NCBI GenBank assembly: GCA_044355525.1
Contig: JBIKXZ010000002.1
Coordinates: 1-34,473 of the forward strand
Origin: Chthoniobacterales bacterium
Lineage (GTDB): Bacteria > Verrucomicrobiota > Verrucomicrobiia > Chthoniobacterales > JACTMZ01
Direction: 5' to 3'
DNA: 34,473 nucleotides
Under the pieces are notes generated by a model. It did not search any database. It was not told where the DNA came from and was given only the letters and a program-made list of their open reading frames with translations. Shown here one piece after another: positions 33,536 to 34,473 of this stretch (positions are counted from its first letter, which is position 1; each line of letters begins with the position of its first letter). Both the position numbers and the translations under genes were made by a program.

Positions 33536-33596
33536 GCCGCCCGATTCCTCGGTATTTGCCACTTCCGGTGCGGGCGAATAATCTCTTAATCCGCCC

Positions 33597-34211
33597 ATGA
33601 GCCTCAAAAGCGTCATTGTCGAAGACCAGACCATGTTCCGGCAGATGCTGCACAATCTTCTCCAAGGCACGCCGGACCTGCGGGTGGTTGCGGCGGCGGC
33701 GTCGGAAGCCGAGGGCATCAAAGCCTGCCGGCGCCACAAGCCCGACTTGCTCGTTCTCGATCTCGCGTTGCCCGACGGTAGTGGAGTGAACGTGGCGCGC
33801 CGCCTGGCCAAAATCAAACCCGCGGCCAGAATCATCATCCTCTCCGGCGAGGCCAGCACCTTCGTGTGCCCAGCCGAGCTCCGCACCTCGGTGCATGCCG
33901 TGCTCGACAAAACACAGGCCTTCGACGATCTGGCGGACGAACTCAAGGCGCTGCTGCCCAAGGCCCGCGGCGGATCCTCGTCGGCGCGCAGCAAGGATGT
34001 GCGCGACCGCCTGAGCGAACGCGAATACGAAATCTTCCTCCTCGTCGGCCGCGGACTCATGAGCAAAGAGATCGGCGAAATGTTGTTTATCTCTCCCCAA
34101 ACCGTCCAGGCCCACCGCCGCAAGATGGCCGACAAACTCGGCACCACCGGCTCCGAATTCGCCCAACTCGCGATCAAACACTACCAGTCGACCCTCGGTT
34201 CCAAGTCTTGA
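33597..34211 (+). CDS. two-component response regulator, NarL/LuxR (FixJ) family
   Basis: 204 aa. The receiver domain has VIVEDQ and DLLVLDLALPDGSG (phospho-acceptor Asp). The C-terminal LuxR-type HTH is LSEREYEIFLLVGRGLMSKEIGEMLFISPQTVQAHRRKMADKLG. No cognate kinase lies in the window. Confidence 0.9.
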   Translation: MSLKSVIVEDQTMFRQMLHNLLQGTPDLRVVAAAASEAEGIKACRRHKPDLLVLDLALPDGSGVNVARRLAKIKPAARIIILSGEASTFVCPAELRTSVHAVLDKTQAFDDLADELKALLPKARGGSSSARSKDVRDRLSEREYEIFLLVGRGLMSKEIGEMLFISPQTVQAHRRKMADKLGTTGSEFAQLAIKHYQSTLGSKS

Positions 34212-34326
34212 CGCGGCGGGAAAAGCAACCACCGGAATTGTGGTGTGCCGCCCGCGGAGGAAGAACCGGGAAGGCGGACCACGTTGCGGACAATCCGGCT
34301 GAGCGGGAACGATGCAGTAGGAGTCA

Positions 34327-34384
34327 AAAGTAGAAGCGGCGGGCCTCGTGCTCGTAGAGCCTACGGCTCGGAGAGACGCCGCTT
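34327..34384. repeat. long form of the dispersed GC-rich hairpin repeat (copy B)
   Basis: AAAAGTAGAAGCGGCG-GGCCTCGT-GCTCGTAGAGCCTACGGCTCGGAGAGA-CGCCGCTT. It has the same core as 3436-3468, but the outer stem is AAGCGGCG/CGCCGCTT rather than CGGCGGCG/CGCCGCCG, so pairing is preserved. Confidence 0.55.
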
Positions 34385-34414
34385 GTCTGTTCCATTTGGC
34401 TATAGTGTCGATGT

Positions 34415-34468
34415 CTTCGGGTGAGTAGCCCGAAGGGCGCTCCCGGGGGTCATGACCCCCGGGAGCGC
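34415..34468. repeat. hairpin plus 32-nt perfect palindrome at the window edge
   Basis: CTTCGGG-tgagtag-CCCGAAG (34415-34435) is followed by GCGCTCCCGGGGGTCATGACCCCCGGGAGCGC (34437-34468), a perfect palindrome centred on TCATGA. Confidence 0.45.
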
Positions 34469-34473
34469 GGCCC

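Noticed and set aside
31945-33596. Integrase, transposase or other mobility gene near the two tRNAs
   Set aside because: I scanned all six frames of the track. Only the VapBC-like pair is credible, so no mobile element is called and only att-like scars are reported.
33158-34177. 339-aa minus-strand ORF, and plus-strand ORF 33154..33600
   Set aside because: They run through tRNA-Ser, the tandem repeats and, in antisense, the response-regulator gene. The recurrence of QSLPIR in the 33154 ORF simply reflects the DNA repeat.
34212-34326. Possible small RNA gene, or a promoter (TATAGT at about 34401), after the response regulator
   Set aside because: There is no match to the RNA families I can recognise by eye (tmRNA, RNase P, SRP, 6S). 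No properly spaced -35 element accompanies the TATAGT.

Overview
High-GC chromosomal window (GC judged by eye) from a diderm bacterium. The gene content is reminiscent of Verrucomicrobiota/Opitutales-type genomes, but taxonomy cannot be settled without a database search. I call 24 protein genes, 2 tRNAs, several hairpin/repeat elements and 2 probable terminators. I see no rRNA, CRISPR array, transposase or integrase. Housekeeping genes are frr (cut by the window edge), pyrH, a LON-N-domain protein, xseA, aat, cysI, ppgK-like, aroB, hemW, a GlcD-like FAD oxidase and fabI. Accessory modules, in order: (1) A translationally coupled operon on the minus strand, PHP phosphoesterase > circularly permuted ATP-grasp/alpha-E fusion > two transglutaminase-like paralogs; this gene family has no known biochemistry. 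(2) A 2533-aa secreted protein with two complete GH13 alpha-amylase catalytic modules, tandem ~95-aa modules and Ca-binding-type repeats. (3) A Cu(I)-type P1B ATPase with an extra ~220-aa polytopic C-terminal domain (CLCGC motif), overlapping by ATGA with an OprB-type porin gene. (4) An IT-superfamily (SLC13/DASS-like) permease overlapping by ATGA with a secreted PF04392-like solute-binding protein, possibly a binding-protein-dependent secondary transporter. (5) A tRNA-Arg(CCT) / VapBC-like toxin-antitoxin / tRNA-Ser(GGA) islet, followed by three degenerate tandem copies of the tRNA-Ser T-loop-to-CCA segment. A dispersed GC-rich hairpin family (core AAAGTAGAAGCGGCG) occurs in short and long forms at gene 3' ends and supplies the TAG stop codon of three genes. 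My best candidates for something undescribed are modules 1, 3 and 4 and the tRNA-Ser tandem array. All functional calls rest on motif recognition by eye, not on searches. Coordinates of non-ORF features are counted by hand and may be off by 1-2 nt.
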